A stretch of 64,000 nt of DNA from Octopus vulgaris. Its lineage: Eukaryota. The stretch lies in assembly GCA_951406725.2 (NCBI GenBank), contig OX597815.1, positions 5,518,001 through 5,582,000 of the forward strand, read 5' to 3'. This document shows positions 14,251-28,679 of the stretch, piece after piece. Under the pieces are notes generated by a model. It was not told the DNA's origin. It did not search any database and worked only from the letters and a program-made list of their open reading frames with translations. Position 1 is the first letter of the stretch. Each line of letters starts with the position of its first letter. Both the position numbers and the translations under genes were made by a program.

Positions 14251-14720
14251 ACCAAGTTTTGCAGTTGTTTCGTTTGACATTTAACAAATAAACTAATTAC
14301 CAACAAAATTAAACAATATCATTGCTACACGTTGATGATAAAGATGTTTACGAGTATGTTTTAATGGGTTGACACCTTAATCGTTGCAGCAACGATATTT
14401 GTTCCGGCTCTTTGTGGTCGGAGTTCAAATTCCGCCGAGGTCGACTTTGCCTTTCATCCTTTCGGGGTCGATTAAATAAGTACCAGTTACGCAAACTCAA
14501 TCCCGTTTGTCCTTGTTTGTCTCCTGCGTGTGTAGCCCTTTGTGGGCAGTAAAGAAATAAGAAAGACGGATAGGCAGGGTGATAATCTTTCCTCCAAATC
14601 AAGACAGTTGTAATTATTTACTGTGAAGATCTTAGTGATAGCTTTTAAAGGGTGAGTGAGCTTCGACTTGCTTCTAGATATATGCATACCTGTGTGTTTG
14701 CTGTGTGGATGTGCGTGTGA

Positions 14721-14760
<40 letters not shown>

Positions 14761-14776
14761 GTGTGTGTGTGTGTGC

Positions 14777-14840
<64 letters not shown>

Positions 14841-14938
14841 GCATAGAGAGAGAGGGAGACATAATATACATACGTATATATTGTATATACGCACATGTAT
14901 ATAATCCATACAAACATAAACACACACATACATGCATA

Positions 14939-14973
<35 letters not shown>

Positions 14974-15002
14974 GAATATATATATGTATATATATATGTA
15001 TA

Positions 15003-15130
<128 letters not shown>

Positions 15131-15433
15131 TTATACATATATATTCATATTCATATATTCATATATATACATACATATACGTCTGAAATACATGTTTATA
15201 TGTATTGTATGTACGTATGTAAACGAAAACAAGAATGTGTGTGTGTGTGTGCGTGTGCGCGCGCGCGTGTATAAAACTGTTGGCGCATGATTAATGTTCC
15301 TCACGCAGACATCATTCCACTTGACTTCACCTGACCGAAATCTATTCCCAAAACTTGCCACCATCTTACATTTATGCTAACCAAAATGGAAGGAAAGAAA
15401 CGAATTAGTAAAAAGAAAAGACAAGAATATCTC

Positions 15434-15516
<83 letters not shown>

Positions 15517-15734
15517 GTGTGTGAGTGTGTCTGTGTGCGCGTGTGTGTGTGTGTGTGTGTGTGTGTGAGTGTGTGCGTGTGTGTGCGCGTGTCTGTGAGT
15601 GTGTATATATTTATATATACACATATACGTATGCATATATATATATATGTATATAAGTATATATGTGTGTATGTATATATAGATAGACATACACATACAT
15701 ATATATACATACATATACATGTATATACATATAC

Positions 15735-15779
<45 letters not shown>

Positions 15780-15784
<5 letters not shown>

Positions 15785-15861
15785 GTATCCATCTAGAAAT
15801 ATGTATATGTATGGGCACAATAACTGTATGAAGTATATGTGAAATTTGTTTTAAATTTATG

Positions 15862-15923
<62 letters not shown>

Positions 15924-16002
15924 TCGTATCCATCTAGAAATATGTATATGTATGGGCACAATAAATGTATGAAGTATATGTGAAATTTGTTTTAAATTTA
16001 TG

Positions 16003-16070
<68 letters not shown>

Positions 16071-16147
16071 GTATCCATCTAGAAATATGTATATGTATGG
16101 GCACAATATCTGTATGAAGTATATGTGAAATTTGTTTTAAGTTTATG

Positions 16148-16200
<53 letters not shown>
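15780..16200 (+). repeat. three tandem copies of an ~82-bp unit plus (TA)n
   Basis: tattcgtatccatctagaaat...tttatgc at ~15780, 15921 and 16066. Confidence 0.9.
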
Positions 16201-16203
<3 letters not shown>

Positions 16204-16436
16204 ATATGCATTAGCATATACACACATGCATATGTATGTATGTAGATATGTAGATATATTTATATATGTATACATATGTATGCACACACATATGTGTATG
16301 TGCGTGTGTGTGTGTGTGTGTACACACGCATTTTCCTGCAACAGCAATAATTTTTCTTCGAGTGGCATAACGACAACTCGGGTAAAATGTTGTTTTGATT
16401 TTTGTGGTGTGTGTGTATGTATAGTGCTTGTGTGTG

Positions 16437-16478
<42 letters not shown>

Positions 16479-17348
16479 CCTGTGTGTCTCCTTATGCACA
16501 TGCATGCATTTGATGGCTGGAATATATATGTATTTATGTCATTGTTTAGTTTATTTCAAGATTCTTTACCAATAAAGAAAAAGCCGGTTTCTAACCTAGA
16601 TCCAGGGATCCTTCATTGCAATTTCAACATTAACAACAGGATATTTTTGTTTGTATGTATATATGTATGTATGTATGTATGATTTTCTAGTTCCCGCCTG
16701 CAGATGACATTAGCGTGAAACTTGATTTACCTTTAAAGGCGTTTGTTTCTTTTTTGCAGTGAAGATTCTGTTTTTTTTTTTGCTGCTGCTAATATTTCAC
16801 GCAGAAACATTAGAAATGTCTAGTTTTTTAAGGTTACACCTCAACATATGTTCACCTCCAACGTGAACATATTTGCACATGGTCTTAGAGAAAAACAGCT
16901 CTATATTCAGTTTTGTCGGCACTTTCTGTCCTTATTGAGCATAGTTGACTGCTCATATTAACACAGAGCCAGCCATTATTCTTTACAAGTAGAGGGCGCT
17001 GAGCACGCTTGATTTCCACATCACTAAAATATAGATACCTACTGTTTAATATCCAGAGGGATCAATATAAAAACCAATTTGGTCTAATCAGGACTTGAAC
17101 TCAGGATGCACCGAAAATTGACAAAATGAAGTCAACGGTACATTCTACCGCTGTGCGTGTGTATGTGTATGTTTGTGTGTCCGTGTGAATGTGTGTGCTT
17201 ACGCGTAAATGTGTGTGCATGTGTGTGTGCGTGTGTGTGTATAAGCACACATACATACATATATATGTATGTATTATATTATGTATATATATATATTGCA
17301 TATATATATTATATTGGGTATATATGTCCACGTATATAAATGCATACG

Positions 17349-17414
<66 letters not shown>

Positions 17415-17476
17415 GTACATATATATATTATATACTATATATAGCGAGAGAACTAGAGAAAGACAGAGAGAAAGAC

Positions 17477-17560
<84 letters not shown>

Positions 17561-17561
<1 letters not shown>

Positions 17562-18470
17562 TGTTTCTTTATTAGCCATACAGGGCTGAACACAGAGAGG
17601 ACAAATTACAAAGTAGAACTTTTCTTTTTGGGGGAGAAAAAAAAAGGTAGGGATCGTAAAAAACAGAAAAAAAAAGAGACGATCAATAGGGATTGTGTAT
17701 CACGGAAATGTCATGATGTAAAGTGTAAAAGGGGAAACAGATAAGATTTATCAGTGGAAAGAAAAGCCTACGGAAAAGACCACGGTAACCTCGGTCAATA
17801 ATGTCACATGTTAACACATTTATTTGCAAGTAAGTAACTCTCTGTTTTAAATTTTTTCCGGGTTCATAGGATCATACTCAAGGTGGCTTCGTCATTCATA
17901 CGTGCCATCCTTACTACATTCAGCCATCTTTTTTGAAACATTTACCAGACAAAACTTGCCTCTCTACTCTCACTTTCCTTTTCAAGTGATACTTGAAGAA
18001 GTTGATGAGAGATTGGCCAGAGAGGAAAGTGTTTGTCTCTAATCCTTTCAGACGCGTCCACCAGATACATTCTTTCGCCATAGCCACAAGGATGATGAAA
18101 ATAGCTCTTCCTTCCCGTTTGAAGGAAAGAGGTGTGACGATATTGACGATAGACTCGGCTGATAAACCGACTCGTCCCGCACGTGAAAGCAGTCGTTCGA
18201 CATAAGCCCACAGGTCGGAAATGGTTGGACACTGCACGAGTGCGTGCAGAACGGTTTCGTCGCTCTGACCGCATCTCTATAAGGGATTGCTGGAGAGGAG
18301 GTACGGTGACGATCTCGGGGCCAACCTGAGCGTCGGCGAAGAATACCTGATCCGCCTGTTCAGGACAACTTTCGGGCCTGGACCTATGGACAATCACCAA
18401 AGATCCCTGGCCTGGCAGTGCTATCGAGAAGCATTACCTGTTCGAGATAAGCTCTACATGCACGGTTCGA
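17561..18470 (-). mobile_element. Tx1/L1-clade LINE 3' end with 5' inversion
   Basis: minus strand: RCGQSDETVLHALVQCP...LW...AKECIWWTR; plus strand 18287-18470: LAWQCYREALPVRDKLYMHG (zf-RVT, normally upstream). Confidence 0.75.
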
Positions 18471-19239
18471 TCTCAGTATTTAAGCTACGCATAGAACTGC
18501 TGTAGTCCACATGCTGCGTACACTCCTACAACACCGTTTTCTTTGTGTGCTATAAAGGCAGAAATAAATCTGCCTTCAACTCAGTCGTGCGACTGTGCTT
18601 CGCTTTGTTTGTGTGTTTTACTGCACAAAGGTCACCACCTGCCTACCCTGGGTAATCACTGGCGGCACGTGCCTGATATATATGGTCCTACACCTGCTTG
18701 TTGTTCCTACACCTGTCTTCGTCATTTGTTTTCAGCAAATTTGAACTTTACACGTAAATGTATGTGTATGTGTGTGCGTGTATTTGGGCGCGTGTATACG
18801 CACACACACACACACACACAACACAACACAAAACACACACGCACACATATGCAATACACACGTATGTACACCCTCGAATGGCAATATGCTTATATGCACC
18901 GATGATAACATTGTTTGTTGCGTCTTTTTTGTTTGTTTGTATCTGCAAATTATAAATATTGTTTTTATATTGTTTGTTGTTGACTATTTTAACATTTTTC
19001 CCCCAATTATTTTATTTTGCTTTATTTTTCTGGTTGTTTTTCTTTTTTATGTTGTTTTATTCGTTGGCTGTTGTTTTTAACAAGCCGCCATGTTCACAGC
19101 GAGACAAGAGGAGAAACGATTTCTGTCCTGGAAATAATTAACCAATGATTGGCATTCGCCGCAGATTTTGATGTGTGTGGGGGGAGGGGTGGGGGTGGGG
19201 GTATTAGAGTAGTTGTTGCTGTAGACGACGACGACGACA

Positions 19240-19273
<34 letters not shown>

Positions 19274-19370
19274 GGCGGAAGAGGATGGTGAGAGTGATGA
19301 GGATGATGATGATGACGACGACGACGACGACGATGATGATGATGATGATGATGATGACGACGACGACGAC

Positions 19371-19413
<43 letters not shown>

Positions 19414-19549
19414 GTGGCGACGATGAGGATGTTGAAGATGGTGATGATGATGATGGTGAGGATGATGTTGGTGAGGATGATGGTGATGAGACGGAAGAGG
19501 ATGGTGAGAGTGATGAAGATGATGATGATGTTGATGCTGACAACGATGG

Positions 19550-19613
<64 letters not shown>

Positions 19614-19664
19614 AGTGATGATGATGATGATGATGATGAAGACGACGATGATGATGATGATGAA

Positions 19665-19708
<44 letters not shown>

Positions 19709-20007
19709 CAACGATGATGATGATGATGATGATGATGATGATAACAATGATAATGATGATGATGGTGGTGATGACGATGATGATGATAACGATGATGGTG
19801 ATGATGATGATGATGATGATGAAGATGATGATGATGACGTCGCCGTCGTCGCTGTGGTTTAGCTCTTTAGGCCAGCCCTCAACGAACAATTAATGCCGCT
19901 CTTACCTGACAGAAGCGGATAATATATCAAATTCGTTTGGTTGTTCTGTTTAATGAAATATCTTTATTAGTTTTGTCATGAAAGATATTTCCTGGCTCGA
20001 ACTTGCA

Positions 20008-20094
<87 letters not shown>

Positions 20095-20103
20095 ACACAC
20101 ACA

Positions 20104-20137
<34 letters not shown>

Positions 20138-20345
20138 CAAAATATGTGCATATGTGTGTGCAATATATATGTGTGTGTGTGCAATATGTATATATTTATA
20201 TACATGTGTGTGTGTGTGAGTGTGTGTGAGTATGTATGTATGCAAATATATATGTATATAGATAGATAGATACAGACAGACAGGTAGATAGGTAGATAGA
20301 TTGATCGATAGGAAGATGTAGATGAATATATATCTATATCTATAT

Positions 20346-20383
<38 letters not shown>

Positions 20384-20829
20384 ATATAGATATAGATATA
20401 GATATATTATGAAGATGTACTTGCATAGCAAGTGACCTGATCTGAGATCATGTGCCTTGCTGAGAGAAGCAAGGAGAGAGAAAAAAATGCGTGCAGAAGC
20501 TAGCGATTCAACATGGCGATATATATATATATTTATATATATATAATTTATTAATTCCTAATAGAATATAAGGATAAAAATCAATGATTTTTATCAGGTT
20601 GTCGGCATGCTCTAAAAATGTATAGGTAATGTATACATTGAATTAATAATGATGTAGATATGTATATAATTATATCAAGGGACCAAGGACGAAAACGACC
20701 TGTCTCCAGCAAGCTTAAAGTGCCGATATCTTCAAAAAACTACCAAAAACTCCAGATAAATATACTTCTTTAATATAATTATATACATATGTATATCATT
20801 AGTAATTTAATATATATATGTGTATATAC

Positions 20830-21197
20830 TCTTTTACTCTTTTACTTGTTTCAGTCATTTGACTGCCGCCATGCTGGAGCACCGCCTTTAGTCGAGCAAA
20901 TCGACCCCGGGACTTATTCTTTGTAAGCCCAGTACTTATTCCATCGGTTTCTTTTGTCGAACCGCTAAGTGACGGGGACGTAAACACACCAGCATCGGTT
21001 GTCAAACACACACACATACATATATATACATATATACGACAGGCTTCTTTCAGTTTCCGTCTAACAAATCCACTCACAGGGCATTGGTCGGCCCGGGGCT
21101 ATAGCAGAAGACACTTGCCCAAGGTGCCACGCAGTGGGACTGAACCCGGAACCATGTGGTTGGTTAGCAAGCTACTTACCACACAGCAACTCCTGCG

Positions 21198-21198
<1 letters not shown>
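20830..21198 (-). mobile_element. tRNA-derived SINE family B with internal microsatellite (copies 10070-10720, 29890-30290, 34160-34530, 42385-43720 x3, 45690-46295, 63048-63657 and fragments)
   Basis: consensus head gcaggagtggctgtgtggtaag...gggttcagtccc; tail actgaaacaagtaaaagag. Confidence 0.85.
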
Positions 21199-21296
<98 letters not shown>

Positions 21297-21566
21297 CATG
21301 TATGTATGTACTTTTGCGAGGAAGTGAAACGACTCTCAAAGAACATATAAAGCTATAAATAACAGCATGTGTGTCGAAAACCAATTTAGATGGGGAAAGT
21401 CGAAGGGGTTAGGATGATAAAATTAGAATCATTGGGCCGTGGGTTCGATTTCTGTAGCGGGAGTCACGTTGTTGGTTTGAGCAAGGCATTTTAGTTAAAG
21501 GTTGCTCAAGTGTTCTTGTGTGGATATTAACAACAGTTGTATGCAAGGGCATCTCTCTCTCTCCCC

Positions 21567-21597
<31 letters not shown>

Positions 21598-21765
21598 CCT
21601 CTCTCTCTCTCCGTCTCTCTCTCCGTCTCTCCGTCTCTCTTTCTTGCTCGTTCTTTCGCTCTTTCTCTCCTTCGATGTTCCCTGAGCCAGGGTTGGAAAA
21701 GCCAAGATCCTGTCACTGTCTACTCGTGAAAATACATGCCCCTAACACACACACACACGCATACA

Positions 21766-21824
<59 letters not shown>

Positions 21825-22747
21825 GTCGCCTTACTGGCACTCGAGCCCCGTGCTAGTAGGGTGATAAGAGCACCATCCGAGCGTGATCGTTGCCAGAGCG
21901 GCTATCTAGCCTCCGTGCACATAAAAGACACCATTCGAGCGTGATTGTTACCAGCATCGCCTTACTGGCACCTGTGCCAGTGGCATGTGTAAAGGATTCG
22001 AACGAGGTCGTCGCCAGTACCGCCTGACTGGACCCCGTGCCGGTGGCACGTAAATGAACCCACTACACTCTCGGAATGGTTGGCGTTAGGAAGGGCATCC
22101 GGCTGTAGAAATTCTGCCAGATCAAGATTGGAGCCTTGTGCAGCTATCTGGTTCCCCAGACCTCAGTCAAATCGTCCAACCCATGCCAGCATGGGAAGCG
22201 GACGTTAAACGATGATGATGATGATGCAAATGTGTATGTATGTGTGCGTGTGTGTCTGAAGTACAGCATATCGGAAAATCAGACACAATATCGGCAGAAA
22301 CGAAGAACCACAAAACAGCGAAGAAACTGTCTTGCCAACGCAAATCATTATCAGATTCAACTGGATTCCTGGTTTTACCGAATTTAATAAATCGATATCA
22401 AAATCCAAAAGAAGCAAAAATGGAATTTCTAAAGGAAATTACTGATATTGACTTTTCAATGTTGAGTTCTTGGAAACAAACTTTGCAACTCAAATAACCG
22501 CTACCTCAGGTTTCAGGTAACTTCGCGTCGCTCTTTGGAATGATTTGCAGTAAATATTTAAATTTAATAATCTTAATTGGTTCATAGATCTCAATAACTT
22601 ACGCGACAGCATTCGGTATGGACATATATACGTGCATGTGAGTGTGTGCGCGTGTGTGCGTGTGTGTGCGTGTGTGTGTGTGTGCGTGGGTGTGTTTGCG
22701 TGCTTGCGTACGTGTATGTGTGTGTGTGTGTAGACGTGTAAACGTAC

Positions 22748-22792
<45 letters not shown>

Positions 22793-23027
22793 CATATGTG
22801 TGTGTGAGTTTATGTGTGTGTGCGTGCGTGTGTGAGTGCATGTGTGTTTTACGTGCGTGCGTACGTGTATGCGTGTGTTGACGTGTACACATATATACAT
22901 ATATATGCATATACATATGTGCGTGTGCGTGTGCGTGCGTATGTATGTATGTATGTATGTATGTAGGAACGTGCGTACGTATATATGTATTTATCTATAT
23001 ACATACATACATACATGCATACATACA

Positions 23028-23101
<74 letters not shown>

Positions 23102-23633
23102 CACATATATATACAAATGATCTAAGTTATTTGAGTTATATATATATATGTATGTATGTATGTATGTAATATATTAATAAATAAAACATATGCATATATA
23201 TATATATACATATATGTACGTACCTACCTCTGCATGTATATATACACGCATGTATGAGTACAGGACACCAAAAAACGTCGAACACAATGAGAAACGAAAA
23301 CATAGACACAAACCCAAGGAACTGGACATTTTTCTTAAACAACAACAAAAATAGAGTACAGGACAAATAACACAAGGAAAAAACCCCTTCTTCAGTCGCC
23401 ATGGTTTCATCTACTCTGCGTTTCGAAGGTGAAGGCGAGACGCATCTTCGATAGAAACTTTCCTTCCTGCGAAAAGCAAATCAAATAAAATTTGAGATCT
23501 TTTTGCAGAGGGCTAAAAATGGTAACAAAAACAGGACAGTAACGACAGTACAAAATATAAGCAGTAAAAGACAGGACAAGGAGAATAACAAGACAAGAAG
23601 GGCTGTTAACGCCGAACGCCGAATATATATATA

Positions 23634-23701
<68 letters not shown>

Positions 23702-23870
23702 TTATTTATTTATGTATATATATCTGTGTGTGTGTGTTTGCTTGTTTGTCTTCTTCCTTTCTGAATTACAGCTTATCGAACATAATCAGACACAATGTCG
23801 GCAGAAACGAAGAACCACGATATATAATACAAGCTTGTACATACGTGTGTGTGTGTGTGTGTGTCTGCTC

Positions 23871-23906
<36 letters not shown>

Positions 23907-24154
23907 GGAATGCGGCTGTGTGTGTGTGAGGGTGGGTGTAGCTATGCGCTCGTGTGTTCTGGATGTTATGACGAGATTCCTTAACTTCTTGTCCAGCTTA
24001 ACACACACTCACAACGCGCGGTCTGAGAATCGAAACCGCGATCGCACGACCGTGAGTCCGCTGCCGTAACCACTGGTCCATTGTGCCTCCACGCACGAAC
24101 ACACACACACGCACACAAATGAGTATATAATGTGTAAATAAATAATTACAAAAA

Positions 24155-24555
24155 TCTGTATATATAAAAGTGAGGTTGTATGCTGTCTGTCTCCTACGAT
24201 TTAGATTCCTAACTACTCCCACATTTTGCGGTGCAGTTTAACCAAAACCGGGTATCTTATAGTCGTGATTCATATCGAGCCCTTCTGGGTATTAGCGCGC
24301 GTCTACGATGAGTCTACGATTTAAAAAAAAATTTACCATCAATTTTTCCCATTTTTAATGCATTTTTGGTATATATAAGGGAAGTAACTCTCTAAAAATT
24401 TATTATTAAATCTCAGAATGTAAAAAGCTACAGTAACACCCCCTTGTGGTTAGCCATATTGAGATGGCTATTATACTTTACATCTCTAAAAATGCTTATA
24501 TAACTATATAGTTATTTCCCTTACAAACCCGAGCAACGCCGGGCGATACTGCTAG
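24155..24555 (+). mobile_element. non-autonomous Helitron
   Basis: A|TC 5' end, subterminal hairpin cccgagcaacgccggg, CTAG|T 3' end. Confidence 0.8.
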
Positions 24556-24647
24556 TGAATTATAAGACGAACATGACCATTGACAACTGGATGCAACTGG
24601 AATAGTTCTTTTTGCTTTCTTTTTAAAGATTGAGTTTTATTTTGAAA

Positions 24648-25020
24648 GGCTGAAGACGCTCGACCTTTATTCTCTAGAAAAACGACGACGCCGTGGAGAT
24701 CTCATTCTTGCTCACAACATCATAAGCGGAAAGTGTAACCTCTCGAAAGAGCTGTTCTTCACTCCTGCTCCAGAGCGTCGGCTGCGGGGGTCACTCCGAA
24801 AAGCTCTGTCTGCGACGATTTCATCTCAATCGAAGGAGAGGGGCTTTCTCCGTCCGGGTTGCGGATCCGTGGAATAAGCTGCCAGACGAGATGGTGAAGA
24901 TGCCGACGACCGCTCGGTTCAAAGTCTCCCTTGACCTCAAGTGGCCTGAACTCTTTACATGAACACCACCCTGTACATAACTCCATGTCCCCCTACATGG
25001 CCATGCATTTTGCTTTTTGA
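24648..25020 (+). mobile_element. CR1/L2-like LINE 3' fragment
   Basis: manual translation LKTLDLYSLEKRRRRGDLILAHNII...RLRGHSEKL...FSVRVADPWNKLP. Confidence 0.8.
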
Positions 25021-25194
25021 GCCAAAGAAATTAATTAACTAAATTAACTAATTATGCAGAGAAAAGATAAAACAGTATCCCAACTGCGATGGATCGATGC
25101 AGGATGGGTCGAAACGGTCGTTATGCACAGTAAATTTCACGCATATTCCATTTATCGTGATATGTATTAACATATTTATATGTGTGTGTGTGTG

Positions 25195-25700
25195 TTTGAT
25201 TGTTCTGTTTTATTTCAAGATTTCTTGCCAATAGAAAAAGAGCCGGTTTCTAACCCAGATCCAAGACTCCTTCATTGGAATTTTAACATCAACAACAGAG
25301 TATTTTTGTTGGTATGTCTGTATGTATGTATGTATGTATGTATGTATGTATGTATGTATGTATGTATGTATGTATGTATGTATGTATGTATGTATGCATG
25401 CATGCATGCATGTATGTATGTATGTATGTATGTATGTATGTATGTATGTATGTATGTATGTATGTATGTATGTATGTATGTATGTATGTATGTATGTATG
25501 TATGTATGTATGTATGTATGTATGTATGTATGCATGCATGTATGTATGTATGTATGTATGTATGTATGTATGTATGTGTGTGTGTATGTATGTATGTATG
25601 TATGCATGTATGTATGTATGTATGTATGTATGTATGTATGTATGTATGTATGTATGTATGTATGTATGTATGTATGTATGCATGCATGTATGTATGTATG

Positions 25701-25731
<31 letters not shown>

Positions 25732-26410
25732 CTATGTGTGTGTGTATGTATGTATGTATGTATGTATGTATGTATGTATGTATGTATGCGTGTATATGTA
25801 TGTATGTCATTATTCAGTTTTATTTCAAGATTTTTTGCCAATAGAGAAAGAACCGGTTTCTAACCTAGATCCAAGGCTCTTAAATTGGAATTTCAACATC
25901 AACAACAGAGTATTTTTGTTTGTATGTATGTATGTACCTATGTATGTATGTATGTACCTATGTATGTATGTACCTATGTATGTATGTATGTATGTATGTA
26001 TGTATGTATGTATGTATGTATGTATGTATTATGTATGTATGTATGTATATGTGCAGATTTATATGTTTTGTTTTATGTATGTATTCTCATGCATATAGTT
26101 GCATATCTAGACATTCTCATATATACTTAAGTGATAAACTTCTGGAAAGTTTTACAGATTTTTACAGTTCCATTGATGGATTGGACCTGTAGTCTTCGAA
26201 TTAGCTTTCTCCTTTCTGGTTTTGAGAAGCCTAATTTCTCAAGGTTGGTATCTAGGCGGTGTGTTACATATTCCAGGGTCCCGATAATTGCAGGTATAAA
26301 CATCAACTTGTAATCTGGATAGAGTAACTGCAGATTTATCAATAGTTCAGCCGTAGGTGTTCTCTTTTTCACTGATCTTCAGCTTTATCTTAAAATCCAC
26401 TGGGCAGCTA
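25195..26410 (-). mobile_element. same R4/Dong-like family: REL C-terminus (26100-26410) and two 3'-UTR stubs inside a (TATG)n array; further stub at 16540-16680
   Basis: clear identity to 2660-3170 (KLKISEKEN; LEKLGFSKPERRKLIRRLQ; agaaaccggttc 3'UTR). Confidence 0.8.
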
Positions 26411-26579
26411 ATGTATGTATGTATGTATGTATGTATGTATGTATGTATGTATGTATGTATGTATGTATGTATGTATGTATGTATGTATGTATGTATGTAT
26501 GTATGTATGCATGTATGTATGTATGTATGTATGTATGTATGTATGTGTGTATGTATGTATGTATGTATGTACGTATGTA

Positions 26580-27112
26580 TGACATGGGAGGGCATAGCAA
26601 TTGGTCGTAGCAGGGGAAGAATGATTGTGCACGAGGGGACAGCTACTTTTGAGAAATCTCGAGTTGCGCATGAGAAAGTAAAGAGGGATGTCAGGAAGGG
26701 CATCGCTGTTACACTTCCAGAAGGGAAGGGTCTTCCTATGATGCTGACATGCAGTGTCTGTGCAAGACCCTGCCTCAGTAAAGCTGGACTCAAGAGTCAT
26801 CTTCGTAGTCATAAAACGAGACAGATGAGTGACAACCTGGCCACTGGTGGTGATGTAACACACCATACTAATCATATCTGTCGGGCATGTGGAAGAGAGT
26901 GTAATTCGGCAGGAGGACTTAAATGACATGCAAAGGTACATGAAGCCCAGTTACAACTACAGCCGGCTATTACCAGGAAAGGTTTTAGTTGCCAATTCTG
27001 TACAAGACATTGTAGATCTTTAGCTGGGCTAAAAAGTCACATTCGATCACAGCACCAATAACAGTTAAGCTTCGTGCAATGGCCATACTCGATAACGAGG
27101 GGCAGCCATCAT
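26580..27112 (+). mobile_element. RTE-clade LINE 3' end with three C2H2 zinc fingers
   Basis: WE..A..RS...EG...FE..R; CSVC..GLKSHLRSH, CRAC..GGLK*HAKVH, CQFC..GLKSHIRS; tail gagggggcagccatcat. Confidence 0.75.
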
Positions 27113-27267
27113 GTATGTGTGTATGTAAGTATGTATGTATGTATGTATGTATGTATGTATGTATGTATGTATGTATGTATGTATGTATGTATGTATGTAT
27201 ATATGTATGTGTGTATGTATGTATATATGTATGTGTGTATGCATGTATGTATATAGGGGCAGCCATC

Positions 27268-27300
<33 letters not shown>

Positions 27301-27332
27301 TGTATGTATGTATGTATGTGTATGCATGTATG

Positions 27333-27366
<34 letters not shown>

Positions 27367-28679
27367 TGTATGTATGTATGTATGTATGTATGTATGTATG
27401 TATGTATGTATGTATGTATGTATGTATGTATGTATGTATGTATGTATGTATGTATGTATGTATTTACGTATGTACTTATGTATGTGTGTGTCTATGTATG
27501 TATGTATGTATGTATGTATGTATATGCTCTGCCAATATGGTCGAATCTTCCATTCCTAAATTCTCTCCTTTTCCTCGTAAGACAGGAAAAAAAAGGAAGC
27601 AAACATCAAAAACATCGAACTCAAAACTATTTTATTAAAATCAAAACCAATAAATCAAATCTATTAACATCGAAGTTATTCGATCATTTCTAATAAGTGA
27701 TCAATCATGCTTTTAGTTTTGTTATCACACACAATTCTACATAACGCCCTAAATTATGAATCCTATTGTAAAGTTCAATCTTAATCAATAATTTCTCTGT
27801 TTATCTTTTTCAATTTTTCAATTATCTCATTTTAGTGACTTCGCCGTTGTTTCGTTGTCTCTCATTTTTTAAATATTTTATTTTGTATAAACAGTAGTTT
27901 TTTTGAGATTCTTGTTTGAAACTGAGATTGATAAAGTACTTGCATATCTCCGAGGAGTCTTACTGCGTAACCTTTGTAGCGGATCTTGGCCGACGGGTGT
28001 CTCCCAATAAGATTTATCAAGTTGTTTGTGGTTGTGTTTTATTATCAATTGTTTAATCGATCGTGTTATGTCACCGAAACCGAAAGAATTATAATGAACG
28101 CATCGGTTTTCAGATTTTCATCGCACAGACACACATTACTACATGGCGTGGCTGTGTGGTAAGAAGTTTGCATCCCTGTCACACGGAACCTTGGGCAGGT
28201 GTCTTCTGCTGTAGACTCTGGCCGACCAAACCCTTGGGAATGGATTTGGTAGACGGAAACTGAAAGTAGCGGTGAGTTGGCAGAAACGTTAGCACGCCGG
28301 ACGAAATGCCTAGCGGTATTTCGTCTGCCGTTACGTTGTGAGTTCAAATTCCACCGAGGTCGACTTTGCCTTTTATCCTTTCGGGGTCGATTAAATAAGT
28401 ACCAGTTACGCACTGGGGTCGATGTAATCGACTTAATCCATCTGTCCATGTGGGTAGTAAAGAAATAGGTATTTCGTCTGCCGTTACGTTCTGAGTTCAA
28501 ATTCCGCCGAGGTCGACTTTGCCTTTCATCCTTTCGGGGTCGATTAAATAAGTACCAGTTACGCACTGGGGTCGATATAATCGACTTAATCCGTTTGTCT
28601 ATCCTTGTTTTTCCTCTCTATGTTTAGCCTCTTGTGCGCAATAAAGAAATAAGGAAACTGAAAGAAGCCCATCGTGTGT

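Noticed and set aside
20572-20740. another long-stem-II hammerhead on the minus strand
   Set aside because: Both core halves are mutated (TTGAAGA, AAAA); too degenerate to call.
26740-27055. C2H2 zinc-finger host gene
   Set aside because: It is contiguous with the RTE C-terminus and RTE tail and contains an in-frame stop.
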